From Pontiella sp. (GTDB lineage: Bacteria; Verrucomicrobiota; Kiritimatiellia; Kiritimatiellales; Pontiellaceae), in contig JBNKHE010000001.1 in NCBI GenBank assembly GCA_050290185.1, positions 130,713 to 194,712 on the forward strand: a stretch of 64,000 nucleotides of DNA. The letters run 5' to 3'. Shown one piece after another: positions 11,140 through 21,447 of this stretch. The notes below the pieces were generated by a model. That model worked only from the letters and a program-made list of their open reading frames with translations. It was not told the DNA's origin and searched no databases. The position numbers and the translations under genes are program-made. Every line of letters begins with the position of its first letter. Position 1 is the stretch's first letter.

Positions 11140-11432
11140 CCTGTCCTCCTTCGTTGCGAACGATTTCATTATTCAGCCTGTCTGGATTGCCAGTACCATT
11201 TTGTAAAGCGATTGCAAAACAAACCTAAAGCCGAATCCTTAAGATGATGCAGAGTCTTGCACTTAAGCAACCGTCCCGCAAAATGATTCGAGAGGATTTC
11301 GAAGTTTGAGCGATATAAACGGAAGCCCAATTACCCGCCTCCACGCCAGCATTATGCAGCGCTTGCTAATGTTTCTTGTTTTTAGCATGCAAGTTGCCTA
11401 TCTTTTCTTCTACTGAATCACGGAGATATATC

Positions 11433-12416
11433 ATGACCAATCGATCCATTCTTGCCTTTGTTTTCCTGTCAACATCCATTGTGTGCGCCGAGGACAGTGC
11501 TGTGCCTACCCCCAGCCCCGCCACAAACACCCCACCCGCGGCCACAAACAAGCCCCCGACCGCCACGAACACCCCGACCGCCCCTTCGACCATCTCTATT
11601 CAGGAAATGTTGGTTATGGGCCCGCCTCAGTTGAAGTTACATTCGCTGGCCATGATCACTCAGGGTAATTTACCGGGAGAGGTGGATGAATCGTACCTGC
11701 CGGGCCTCAAAGTCTGCTCGGAAGACTCCGCTCTTCCGGTCCGCAGTGTTACGGCCCGATTGCTAGGCGAGTATTTTATACAAGGCAAAGCCAATCCCAA
11801 TCCCGAAGCCATCGAGCTGCTCATCAAGTTATCCAAGGACGAGTCATCGGATGTCCGTTACAATGCGGTCTACTACGGCCTCACGCAGGTCGAGGATAAG
11901 TCCGACGAAATTATCAACTGTCTTATCGATATAGCGACGAGCGACCGTGAACAGATGCTTTACGAACGCATTGCCGAATCCTTACAAAAGAATCACGAAA
12001 AAGTGACTTCAATCCTGAATCAAAAACTCGAGGATGAAAACAATATCGCGATCTATGAAATCTATGAAGATCTGACCGGCCAAAAGCCCACTAATGCGGA
12101 CAAATACCTGGATATGCCATCTAGTCGTCCCCACTTGTTTATCTTCAGCGGAGAGGGAACCGACGCCGAGGCCTACAAAACAGAACTGGAAAATACGCTG
12201 AAGACCGAAGGCATTGAAAACCCGGACGTACGGGTTTCCGGCATGGGTGAAAACTATGTGCTCCTGCTCAAAACCCATATCACGAAGGATTATCTGTCGG
12301 TTGAAAAAATATTCGCCAACCATCCCAAATTTAAAATCACCCAGGACATGTGGCTTACCCCTAAACTGGAAATCCAGATCGACGCCATGCAGAAGATGAG
12401 ACAGCAAGCAGAGTGA
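11433..12416 (+). CDS. Secreted HEAT-repeat-like protein with Pro/Thr-rich linker
   Basis: Signal peptide, PATNTP-type repeats, HEAT-like 'LSKDESSDVRYNAV'; GGAG RBS. Confidence 0.7.
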   Translation: MTNRSILAFVFLSTSIVCAEDSAVPTPSPATNTPPAATNKPPTATNTPTAPSTISIQEMLVMGPPQLKLHSLAMITQGNLPGEVDESYLPGLKVCSEDSALPVRSVTARLLGEYFIQGKANPNPEAIELLIKLSKDESSDVRYNAVYYGLTQVEDKSDEIINCLIDIATSDREQMLYERIAESLQKNHEKVTSILNQKLEDENNIAIYEIYEDLTGQKPTNADKYLDMPSSRPHLFIFSGEGTDAEAYKTELENTLKTEGIENPDVRVSGMGENYVLLLKTHITKDYLSVEKIFANHPKFKITQDMWLTPKLEIQIDAMQKMRQQAE

Positions 12417-12476
12417 GGCGTGAGGCGTGAGGCGTGAGGCGTGAGGCGTGAGGCGTGAGGCGTGAGGCGTGAGGCG
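12414..12476. repeat. Perfect heptamer tandem repeat (TGAGGCG)x9
   Basis: Read directly; begins at the stop codon of the upstream gene. Confidence 0.97.
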
Positions 12477-12576
12477 TTGAATGGTGCTGGACCTCAAGTT
12501 ACTCGGTCAAAAACAATCCCGCCTCAAAAGTGTCCTGCTTCCCGTCGATCACGATTCAAGCGTCACTCATCATGCA

Positions 12577-13260
12577 TCAAAAATTGCGCTCCGCCATCGG
12601 TCGGTAGGTCAGATCATGCACCACCACATCCTCCGGCGCGGTGACACAGTGAACGATCATCCTCGCCGCGGATTCCACCGACAGGTATTCAGGGCGCTCT
12701 TCCGGACGGAAGTCCGTGTCGACACCGCCGGGATAGACCGCAGTCACCTTCACGTTCACTTCCCGAGCCTCCTTGATCAGGCACTTCGTGAAACCCATGA
12801 CGCCGTACTTCATGGTCGAATAGATCGCATAATTAGGCTGCGATGTCTTGGCGATGGTGCTAACGACATTGACGATGTGCCCGCGCCTTCGTCCGGACAT
12901 CTCCTTCAGCGCCTCACGACTCAACAGCATCGGTGCGCGCAGGTTTACCGCATACTGCAGTTCCCAGTCGTCCAGCTCAATTTCTGCAACCGGAGCCTTA
13001 CGGTGGTTCAGTCCGGCGTTGTTGATCAGGATATCCACCTGCCCCAACGCCGCCTTTGCCTGATGATAGATGGAGACCACCTGATCCGGATCGGATAGGT
13101 CGGCGACGGCGCCCCGGCAATTCGTTTCAGTTTTCAGCGAATCCAGCAGCGCCGCATCGCGGCCCGTTGCAAACACGGTATATTCCAACGCCGAAAGCTG
13201 TTTCACGAGTTCTCGGCCAATGCCCCGCGTCGCCCCGGTAATGAAAACCGTTTTCTTCAT
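12577..13260 (-). CDS. SDR family oxidoreductase
   Basis: TGATRGIG, NNAG, YSTMK (YxxxK), PGGVDT. Confidence 0.93.
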   Translation of the reverse strand: MKKTVFITGATRGIGRELVKQLSALEYTVFATGRDAALLDSLKTETNCRGAVADLSDPDQVVSIYHQAKAALGQVDILINNAGLNHRKAPVAEIELDDWELQYAVNLRAPMLLSREALKEMSGRRRGHIVNVVSTIAKTSQPNYAIYSTMKYGVMGFTKCLIKEAREVNVKVTAVYPGGVDTDFRPEERPEYLSVESAARMIVHCVTAPEDVVVHDLTYRPMAERNF

Positions 13261-13267
13261 TACAGCT

Positions 13268-14959
13268 CTACCTCTGGGTTTTATTCCGGTGCGGCTGGTT
13301 CGAGGGCTTACGCGCTCCCCCGGAAGCGGAACGGATGCTGACCTGCCGACCGTCGAGCTTGAGGTTTTCCATGCCCTGTCGAATGCTGCTGGAGGCTTCC
13401 TTGGACACCTCGAAGAATGAGGTATCGCGGCCAAGATCAATCGCGCCTATCTGGTTGGACTTCACATTGCAGTTTTCACAGACCAAACGGACGATTGCGC
13501 CGGCGTTGACCTTATGCACCCGACCGACATTGATGGAGAAGCGCGTGGTGTCGTAGGCCTGCATGCGGCTGTTGCGCTTCGAATTGTCGGAACGCTGCTG
13601 CCGCGGCTGACGTTCGCGGTCGCGTTGCGGGCGCGGCTTCACGTTGATATCGTCGGAATTGCGGTAGTATTCCAAAAAATGGTTAAATTCGGTCGCGATA
13701 AAGCGTTTGATGATTTCCTTTTTATCGAGGTGACAAAGCGCTTCGTAGGCGGGCGGGAGATAGTCTTTGATCTCCTCCTCGTTGATCTCGCACTCGACCA
13801 CACGGTGGATGAGCGCCAGCAACTGGTTTTCACAGATGGCGCGCGCATCTGGAACCTTTTCGAGCTTGATCTTGATATTGTTGCGACGCTCCAACTCGAC
13901 GATACGTCGGCGTTCGTGCAAGTTGATCAGCGCAATGGATACACCGGACTTTCCGGCACGGGCCGTACGACCGCTACGGTGTGTATAGGCCGCGATTTCA
14001 TCCGACAATTTGTAGTGGATCACGTGCGTAATATCGTCGACATCGATCCCGCGGGCCGCCACATCAGTGGCCACCAGAATCGTAATGTTTTTCTGACGGA
14101 ACTTGCGCATGACCGCATCGCGCTGCGCCTGGGATAGATCCCCGTGCAACGCATCCGCAGTGTACCCATCCTGAATCAGTTTTTCGGCCACGGACTGGGT
14201 TTCAGCGCGCGTACGGCAAAAGATGAGTCCATAGATTTCGGGCAGGAAATCGAGAATGCGTTTTACAGCGGGATAGCGGTCTTTTTCATGCACCATAAAA
14301 CAGAGGTGCTGAATATTGGCGGCGGATTCGTTGCGACCGCCTACGGACACCTCGACCGGATCCTTCTGATAGTTCTGGGCAATGCGGGCCACTCCCTTTG
14401 CCATGGTGGCTGAAAACAGCCAGGTGACTCGATTTTCCGGGGCCTTTGAAAGAATGGAATCCAGCTCGTCCTTGAATCCCATGTTCAGCATTTCATCGGC
14501 TTCGTCGAGAACGACAACAGAAATCTGATCCAGCTTGGCGGCGCGACGCTCGATCAGGTCGAGCAGACGGCCGGGTGTGGCAACGATAATCTGCGTACCG
14601 CGCTTCAGGTCGCGGATCTGGGTTGAAATGTTCGAGCCACCGTAAACCGCCGTGATCTTGATTCCACTCCGGTGACGGGCAAACTTCTTAAGATCTTCGG
14701 AAATCTGCAGGCACAACTCGCGGGTCGGGGAAAGAATGATGCCCTGCGGCATGTCATTATTCGGATCCATGCGCTCCAGCAGCGGCAAACCGAAAGCCGC
14801 CGTTTTCCCGGTACCGGTTGAGGCGAGACCAATAAAGTCGCGTTTACCTTCAAGCAGGATGGGAATAGCCTGTTCCTGGATCGGAGTCGGGGTTTCAAAC
14901 CCCAGTGTTTGAAGCGATTGGAGTGTTTCGGGACTCAGTCCCATTTCATTGAATTTCAT
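13268..14959 (-). CDS. deaD: DEAD-box RNA helicase with C-terminal DbpA-type RNA-binding domain
   Basis: Q motif, GTGKT, PTREL, DEAD, SAT, ARGID, HRSGRTAR. The exact orthologue name is less certain than the family. Confidence 0.9.
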   Translation of the reverse strand: MKFNEMGLSPETLQSLQTLGFETPTPIQEQAIPILLEGKRDFIGLASTGTGKTAAFGLPLLERMDPNNDMPQGIILSPTRELCLQISEDLKKFARHRSGIKITAVYGGSNISTQIRDLKRGTQIIVATPGRLLDLIERRAAKLDQISVVVLDEADEMLNMGFKDELDSILSKAPENRVTWLFSATMAKGVARIAQNYQKDPVEVSVGGRNESAANIQHLCFMVHEKDRYPAVKRILDFLPEIYGLIFCRTRAETQSVAEKLIQDGYTADALHGDLSQAQRDAVMRKFRQKNITILVATDVAARGIDVDDITHVIHYKLSDEIAAYTHRSGRTARAGKSGVSIALINLHERRRIVELERRNNIKIKLEKVPDARAICENQLLALIHRVVECEINEEEIKDYLPPAYEALCHLDKKEIIKRFIATEFNHFLEYYRNSDDINVKPRPQRDRERQPRQQRSDNSKRNSRMQAYDTTRFSINVGRVHKVNAGAIVRLVCENCNVKSNQIGAIDLGRDTSFFEVSKEASSSIRQGMENLKLDGRQVSIRSASGGARKPSNQPHRNKTQR

Positions 14960-15172
14960 GACAGGTCTCTCTTACTTTATTGGGCACATATATGTATAAG
15001 CCGCGCAGGAAAATCCAGCGGCATATATCCCGCGCCCATCGCAAGAGGTTAACCCCGAATTTTCAAACCGTATCAGTCCGGCTCTGTAAAACGAACGGGC
15101 ATGTATACGCCTATCTGCCGAAGATGCAAGGAGAAGTGTACCCTTGTATGAATGCCCCTGATTGCAGCGAAT

Positions 15173-15619
15173 TCACCAAAAATCGATGAAGCGGAGCGAT
15201 GCCGCCGCCGTGGCAATGCCCGTTAGGCAGCCCATCAGTACTTCCAATCGCGTATGCCCGAGCAGTTCCTTGAGTTTATTTTCAGACAGATGATGGGACT
15301 GCAGGAGCTCGTCCACAATCTGATTCAAAAGCCGGGCCTGTTCACCGGCGGCTTTCCTCACACTTTGTGCGTCGAACATCACCACGATCGCAAAAGCGCA
15401 GCCCACGGCAAACAGCGGGGAATCAAATCCCTCGCATAGACCAAGAGAGGTTGCCAGAGCACTGGCCATGGCCGAATGTGCACTAGGCATTCCGCCGGTA
15501 CTGACCATGTAGCTGAAATCCAGCCGCTTGGTTTCCAGAAAACTGCAAACCATTTTAACCGACTGAGCCACGAGCCACCCAAAAAGGGCCGCCCAAAAAC
15601 TGGGATGTAGAGCGTTCAT
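15173..15619 (-). CDS. Divergent PAP2 family membrane protein (DUF212)
   Basis: GGMPSAHS, VMFDAQSVR, LKELLGHT. Confidence 0.92.
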   Translation of the reverse strand: MNALHPSFWAALFGWLVAQSVKMVCSFLETKRLDFSYMVSTGGMPSAHSAMASALATSLGLCEGFDSPLFAVGCAFAIVVMFDAQSVRKAAGEQARLLNQIVDELLQSHHLSENKLKELLGHTRLEVLMGCLTGIATAAASLRFIDFW

Positions 15620-15695
15620 GTTTATGGGATTATCTCCTTAGCAACCTCTCGATGTATAAGCCGCGGAACGAACAAATACAAATCCATTACGTATC

Positions 15696-18197
15696 CTACT
15701 CATCCACAGCCTTATTCTTTTCGCTGGAGGTAAAGGCATTGATCGTCCACTCCGGTTTCTTGACGGTGCCTTCGAGTTTGATTTCGAACAACTTAAGCAG
15801 GGGATCCGTGAAAAACCGGAAGAATTTCGACACGTTGTTGTCACTGAGTACTTGCGCCTGCACATAGGCATCGAATCCATCGCTTGCAGAGTAGCGGCCG
15901 CGCCCCTTTGCGCTGAGCAGATCCCCGTCAAAGTAGGCGTTACCCGTGGAGGCCACACCATTCTTCAGCGCAAAATCACCAGAGAGCTGATTAATCGAGA
16001 ATATCTTAAAGGATGGGATGATATTACGCATGAGGTTGGAGAACCCGCTAAAAAACGGCAAATCAGCCAGCTGTCCGTTTTTTATTTTCACCCGGCCAGC
16101 CCCGTTGGCCGATTCAAAAAACCGCTTGGAAAAGTCCGATTCGGCCTGCAAGTTGCCGCTCAGTTCTCCCGTGGCTTCACTTTCCGTTTCCGGATCGATG
16201 TACTTAATAAATTGTTTAAAATCAGCCTTATTTATATGCACGTAGACCTTATACGGCGTTCCCGGCTCCAAGGGATCCAGCGACAAGGAAAGCGTCCCGT
16301 CCCCATTTCCGCCATATATATTAAACGCCGCATCCCCGACCAGAATGACCGGCCCCTCTCCGGTCACGGTTGTGGTCAAATGGTCCAGTGCCGCCATGGG
16401 CAGTTCCACCCGCGGTGCTTCCACTTCACCCGTGAACGCTGTGGCTTTCATATGTCGCCAATCCAGCAAACCCCGTCCGCTGATTTTGGCAGCACCCACC
16501 ACATTAACGGATTTGCTGAATATGCCATATCGCGGATCAATTGCATCCTCGATGGTTTTTGGATTTATACTGCCCATCGCGTCAAAACTGGCCACACCCT
16601 TCCGGAAATCCAGCGAAACCGATCCCTTTAAGAAATCGACGCCTTGCTTTGCGATGAGCCGATCTAGAGACAGGACCCCTTCCTTGTAGCAGGCAGAGGC
16701 ACTCATCGAAGTAAAAGGAACATGATGAAAACGCATGTCTTCGGCTGAGCCCTGGACATTGATAAAGAAACTACGCCAATTATCATAACAAGCCCCCAGT
16801 TCAACCCGCAGGTGCGGCGCTTCATCGTTAAACTTAAAACGGGAAATGACATTGGTTGCAATGCGGACATCCGCCAGAGGTTTCAGCAGCAGATTGGGAT
16901 CGATATCGCCTTCGGCAGTTACGCGAAACTCATGACCTGCAGCATCCCAAACGATTTCTCCGGTAGCCGCCCCTCCCCGCATGCTGCTGCCGGTTTCATC
17001 AGCGCGTTGCTCCTGCCCCGCCACCGTTCCCTTTAACTCGGAAATATCCAATCGACTACCCTTTCGGCCCAGCTTCCCTCTCAGGGAATTGATTTTCAAA
17101 TCCCGAAACAGGGTATTGCGCAGCAGGAACGATCCTGAAAGATTCTCAAGAAGATGCGCCGGATTGGCCGGACCCAACTGAAGATCAAACGAGGGAAACG
17201 ACTCCGGCTCGATTCCATATTGCGAAAGAAATTCAAACGGTGGCCGGGGACAGAGCTGAAACATTTTCTTCGTTGAAATGTCGTTGGAAACCGATGCCTG
17301 CATGGTCTTGCTGTCCAAGTCATAGAAGCCCTCGATTCCAAACATCTCGTTGTCCTTGTGCAAGGTGGCATGATTCAACTGGGCCCGGGGGAATTCATAG
17401 GAAGCCGAAAGCTCAGCCTTGCTGAAGAAAACATCACGGAACTCGAACGCTCCGACATACGCAGAACAGATCAGCCGGCTCGAGGCCGGCCGTGCGATAT
17501 CAAACAGAAAGTCTAGATCAACGGCAGCTTCCTCGCTTTGCGCCAACGCGGTCAGGACCTGTTCCACACCACGAGACCACCGCGGATCCATGGCAATAGC
17601 GCGGAATGCTTGCTCCTGGGATGACTCCACCGCTTCGCGCTCTTTTGCCGTGGCAAGGCGCACCGTGCCATTCACACTGAAGCTTGCCGCGTTCCACTGG
17701 ACCTGCCCGTTCTTTATGACGATGGAATCGGGAGACAGGGCTATCGACAGCTCCGTGTGCTCCACTTTTGTCAAACGACTATCGGCCAGTAAGCCGATCC
17801 CCCATTCCACCGAAGGTGACACGCGGATCCCGTTGGCCTTGATGTCGTACCCGCGGGCTTCGCGCAAACCACCTTTCACTCGTGCGTTTTTTCGCAAAAA
17901 CACCTCAGCAGCAGCAACAACAGGTTTAAGATCGTCCGGATCCCTGCTGTAACACCGGACGTTCGTGGCCCGCCAGCCGGACAGGCCAAGGTGGATACTT
18001 TCGATATCAACGGGAATTCCAGCGTCGTTTATACGGCTCACAATCCTGCGCAGTACCGGCTTGGGAACGCCGAAGAGGTTCAGGTACATGGCAACGCCCA
18101 ACCAGAGAACCAACCCACCGCATATGAGTTGAACCAGCCGGCGCATGATCCTGTAGGCCCGCCCACTGAGTCGTTGGCTGGGATGAAACATTCTCAT
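15696..18197 (-). CDS. AsmA-like (repeating beta-groove) envelope protein
   Basis: N-terminal TM anchor, beta-rich body, AsmA-like C-terminus (IKLEGTVKKPEW). Confidence 0.7.
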   Translation of the reverse strand: MRMFHPSQRLSGRAYRIMRRLVQLICGGLVLWLGVAMYLNLFGVPKPVLRRIVSRINDAGIPVDIESIHLGLSGWRATNVRCYSRDPDDLKPVVAAAEVFLRKNARVKGGLREARGYDIKANGIRVSPSVEWGIGLLADSRLTKVEHTELSIALSPDSIVIKNGQVQWNAASFSVNGTVRLATAKEREAVESSQEQAFRAIAMDPRWSRGVEQVLTALAQSEEAAVDLDFLFDIARPASSRLICSAYVGAFEFRDVFFSKAELSASYEFPRAQLNHATLHKDNEMFGIEGFYDLDSKTMQASVSNDISTKKMFQLCPRPPFEFLSQYGIEPESFPSFDLQLGPANPAHLLENLSGSFLLRNTLFRDLKINSLRGKLGRKGSRLDISELKGTVAGQEQRADETGSSMRGGAATGEIVWDAAGHEFRVTAEGDIDPNLLLKPLADVRIATNVISRFKFNDEAPHLRVELGACYDNWRSFFINVQGSAEDMRFHHVPFTSMSASACYKEGVLSLDRLIAKQGVDFLKGSVSLDFRKGVASFDAMGSINPKTIEDAIDPRYGIFSKSVNVVGAAKISGRGLLDWRHMKATAFTGEVEAPRVELPMAALDHLTTTVTGEGPVILVGDAAFNIYGGNGDGTLSLSLDPLEPGTPYKVYVHINKADFKQFIKYIDPETESEATGELSGNLQAESDFSKRFFESANGAGRVKIKNGQLADLPFFSGFSNLMRNIIPSFKIFSINQLSGDFALKNGVASTGNAYFDGDLLSAKGRGRYSASDGFDAYVQAQVLSDNNVSKFFRFFTDPLLKLFEIKLEGTVKKPEWTINAFTSSEKNKAVDE

Positions 18198-19985
18198 CTA
18201 TTCGGGAACCTGTACCGCCATATCCGGTTTAACCACAAGATCGGACGAGATGGCATCAACCGTTGCTTTATCCAGATAGAAAACCACATCCCGCCCCTTG
18301 ACCATGGAGTAGTAACCTTCCGGCGACTCTCTGCCGACCAGCAGCACTCGACCCAGCTCATTGGAATCCACCAAGCCCACATAGAGTTCAACCGAAGGAT
18401 TAGACAACCCGTAGATATCAAGATTGCGCGGATTGTAGGCAATGTATTCAGAAGTGGAAATATTGCACAGTCGCTTGATCATGCGGTCAACAGCCGACGT
18501 ATCCACCTGGGCATTCCCATTGGATTCCAACGCAACATAGGGTTCGTCGGCTCCGCATTCCACAACCTGCCGGTCACTGCCGGTACGCTCCAGAATCAGC
18601 TTGTTTATGTCTTTCCTGTTCAAGCTCCAGATTTCCCTATTCTTGTAGGCCAGTGGATCAATGATCGAATCAGGCACCAACGGCAGGTTTATTTGAACTA
18701 TGCCCGGATCATCATTTATCCGAACCAGCAAGCCGTCTTTTCTCTCACCCGCAGGAAGTACTTCAATCCGATTCGTCTTGCCAGCTGCACCGGAAGCAAA
18801 GTCCAACGTCCACACCGGAGCCACGGTATTGGTCGAAACGTCGTAATCGGTAATCACGGCCTTGTTCCACAAGTCGACCAGGCTGTAGACAGCTTTGGGA
18901 TTCGCCGGCCATACGGCCGGGCTGGTCACCTGCCATGCACCCGACGGAGTGCTGGACAAGGCTAATTGCTTATCCCCGTGCTGAATCCTAACAGAAGTGA
19001 TTTCATCCTGGGCAAGCGTGAGAACACGCGCATCCCGGAACGGATTCGCGGGCAGCGAGAAGAACTGGAGAACATCCTCTTTCAACGCAAAGACCGAGGT
19101 GTCATCCGCCCGGCGCGCATAGATCAAGCCGGGACGACTGGGAATCGAATCGCCGAAGATCAGCGTCCGCGACGAACCATCGGAGCTTCCCAGCGAGATC
19201 TGCCGAGTCTCGTTCTGAAGACCGTATGCTGATAAGTCAGAGACATTTTCGGCAATAAAATCCTCAACCCGAATCTTCTGCAGCCTGCCGATGTATTCGG
19301 CAACTTCATAAGGGTCCGCCTGGGCCTCGATCGGTTGCTGGATCCGCCAATCATTAGACGACTCCTTCGCCACACGGACAAACCCCGCCGTCGACCCCCG
19401 GATCTCCAACCGTTTAACGCCAGCGATTTCGCCGGGGAACAGCACACGGTTGCGCAAATCATCTGGATTGGAAGGAATCACATCCCACACGTCACGCGGA
19501 ATCGTATAGATTTCATCGCTGCCTACCAGCCTCACGTACACTTCGAGCCCGGTGGGTGTCGTCCGACCGATCTCCCAGACGTGCCGGCCACGATTGTCAA
19601 CGGCCACAATTTCCATCGAAGGCGGATCGAAACCGTATGCGGAGGCATCAAGGCCCCGGAGCTTCAGCTGCCGGGCGGTGATCGTCGTGCCCTTGCCAAG
19701 CGAATCCAGCCCGACCATCAACTCAAAAACACGGGCAATATCGGCGCGGCCCATGCTATCCTCGGAATCTCCAACCATCCAGAGTCCGTTTTCCTTGACA
19801 CAATCGATCACGGAATTCGTCCCTTTAAACTGGAGAGAAGTCAGGGTTTTCGGATATAGGTCAAAAACCATGAGGCGTTTCATTTCCCGCTTTGGATTCT
19901 GTGCATGCCAGGTTTCCTGGGCAACAATGAACAGGCCCAGCACCAGAATGCTAATCAGTAGAACGCGTATGGATCGATCCTTCAT
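18198..19985 (-). CDS. DUF4340 domain protein (repeated domains)
   Basis: N-terminal TM, repeated 'YGL/F..P' and 'W....P' motifs; lies downstream of a GldG-like gene. Confidence 0.8.
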   Translation of the reverse strand: MKDRSIRVLLISILVLGLFIVAQETWHAQNPKREMKRLMVFDLYPKTLTSLQFKGTNSVIDCVKENGLWMVGDSEDSMGRADIARVFELMVGLDSLGKGTTITARQLKLRGLDASAYGFDPPSMEIVAVDNRGRHVWEIGRTTPTGLEVYVRLVGSDEIYTIPRDVWDVIPSNPDDLRNRVLFPGEIAGVKRLEIRGSTAGFVRVAKESSNDWRIQQPIEAQADPYEVAEYIGRLQKIRVEDFIAENVSDLSAYGLQNETRQISLGSSDGSSRTLIFGDSIPSRPGLIYARRADDTSVFALKEDVLQFFSLPANPFRDARVLTLAQDEITSVRIQHGDKQLALSSTPSGAWQVTSPAVWPANPKAVYSLVDLWNKAVITDYDVSTNTVAPVWTLDFASGAAGKTNRIEVLPAGERKDGLLVRINDDPGIVQINLPLVPDSIIDPLAYKNREIWSLNRKDINKLILERTGSDRQVVECGADEPYVALESNGNAQVDTSAVDRMIKRLCNISTSEYIAYNPRNLDIYGLSNPSVELYVGLVDSNELGRVLLVGRESPEGYYSMVKGRDVVFYLDKATVDAISSDLVVKPDMAVQVPE

Positions 19986-19990
19986 GAATA

Positions 19991-21427
19991 CTACTTTCTC
20001 CTGCGGAACCAAACGATCAAACCCAGCGCCACCGCAATGCACGGGATTCCGGCAATATTAATCCAACCCAGTGTACGGAATTGCTTCATCGACAACCCCA
20101 GCTGCACCTCTTCGATCGGCTTGGGGGAGATGGCCAGAGTTTCATCGCGGCTCAGCAACCAGTTCAGCGCACTCATAAAAAGATCCGGGTTGCCGCCAAC
20201 CATCGCACCGTTGCTCACGAAATCGGAGTCCCCGAAGACCACCATTCTTGCAGGGTCGATCTGCACATCCAGTTCGTCCTGAGCCGCTCCACGTTCAACC
20301 GCCACACCCAGATAGATAGGCCCGCGACGATCCCCTGTATTCGCATCAAACTTAGCGTTTGTATCCTCCACCTGCGTTTCCGACCAGCTCTTTTCCGATG
20401 TGTTGAACAAAGGAACCACCGTCTGCAGGTCGTTCACGGAAACGGGATTGCCGGCCTTATCAAATGGAGGCTCGATGGACCGCGGAAGAATGAATTGAAC
20501 AATGGCATTTATTTTCATGCTGATCGGATGTGCATTGTAGCGGCGGATATGCACATCGCTGCCATGAAGGGTGTTTTCAGGATCCAGCACAATGTCGTTG
20601 CGCAGCGAGATCCCCCATCGCCGGAGCATGTCTTCCAGACCGGTTTCCCGCAATGCGTCGAGCAACACGAAGAGATGCCCACTCCGGCCCAAATAATCCT
20701 CGATCATTTCAACTTCAGCCGAACTCATCTTTTGCATGGGCCCCGCAATCACGACGGCAGCGGCATCATCGGGAACCACCTTTTCGTCGGTAAGTACCAG
20801 CTCCTTGACATCAATATTATCACGGAAAATGATGGATCCGATATCGCTGTATCCTACCATCTGGTCAAAATCGGTTACACGATGCTCTCCATGCCCTACG
20901 AGAAAATAAACCACCGGCGTTTCGCCTTCGACCAAGGCCTGAATAGCACTAGAGAAGGCCTGTTCCCCCTTGAATGCGGTCATCACCGGATCACGCCGTC
21001 CTTGAACAACCGTCATTTCGGCCAGGTCGGACTGATATAAATCCTTGCTCTTTCCATTAATGTCGAAAACAACCACCTTGGACGGAGTTATCCCGTATTT
21101 GTGCGCCAGCTTTTCGGCGCGAGCAGGATCGCGCAAGGGATCGACCCATTCAACACGGATGTTGCGGGACCGGTATTGATACTCTTCCAAAAGGTTCTCG
21201 ATATCGTCGTAAAGCTGGTTTTCCTGCTGGAAAAACACCGTCACGAGCACATCCTGATCCAGTTGATCCAGCAACTGCGTGGTTTTATCGGACAGTTTGT
21301 AGTAGTTGCGGTCGCTCAAATCGATCCGGAAGGGATTTCGCAGGGAGATAAAACCGATCATGAGGATCAGCACTAAAGCCAGAAACGCGGCGGCAACGGC
21401 CTTCAATTTTCTAAAATCTCGCTTCAT
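19991..21427 (-). CDS. GldG-like ABC auxiliary component
   Basis: RIDLS..Y.LS, YFLVGHGE, VFGDSDF, C-terminal TM followed by RRRK. Confidence 0.88.
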   Translation of the reverse strand: MKRDFRKLKAVAAAFLALVLILMIGFISLRNPFRIDLSDRNYYKLSDKTTQLLDQLDQDVLVTVFFQQENQLYDDIENLLEEYQYRSRNIRVEWVDPLRDPARAEKLAHKYGITPSKVVVFDINGKSKDLYQSDLAEMTVVQGRRDPVMTAFKGEQAFSSAIQALVEGETPVVYFLVGHGEHRVTDFDQMVGYSDIGSIIFRDNIDVKELVLTDEKVVPDDAAAVVIAGPMQKMSSAEVEMIEDYLGRSGHLFVLLDALRETGLEDMLRRWGISLRNDIVLDPENTLHGSDVHIRRYNAHPISMKINAIVQFILPRSIEPPFDKAGNPVSVNDLQTVVPLFNTSEKSWSETQVEDTNAKFDANTGDRRGPIYLGVAVERGAAQDELDVQIDPARMVVFGDSDFVSNGAMVGGNPDLFMSALNWLLSRDETLAISPKPIEEVQLGLSMKQFRTLGWINIAGIPCIAVALGLIVWFRRRK

Positions 21428-21447
21428 TTATTCTCTATCCTTGAGGC

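Noticed and set aside
12414..12476. Repeat array as CRISPR
   Set aside because: 7-nt units with no spacers and no cas genes; a simple microsatellite.
12009..12497. Minus-strand ORF with RLTPHAS repeats
   Set aside because: Produced by translating the heptamer repeat, and antisense to a real gene.
17991..18965. Long antisense ORFs (also 20081-21040, 23304-24308, 52328-53356, 60586-61554)
   Set aside because: Opposite well-supported genes and without motifs; expected in GC-rich coding DNA.
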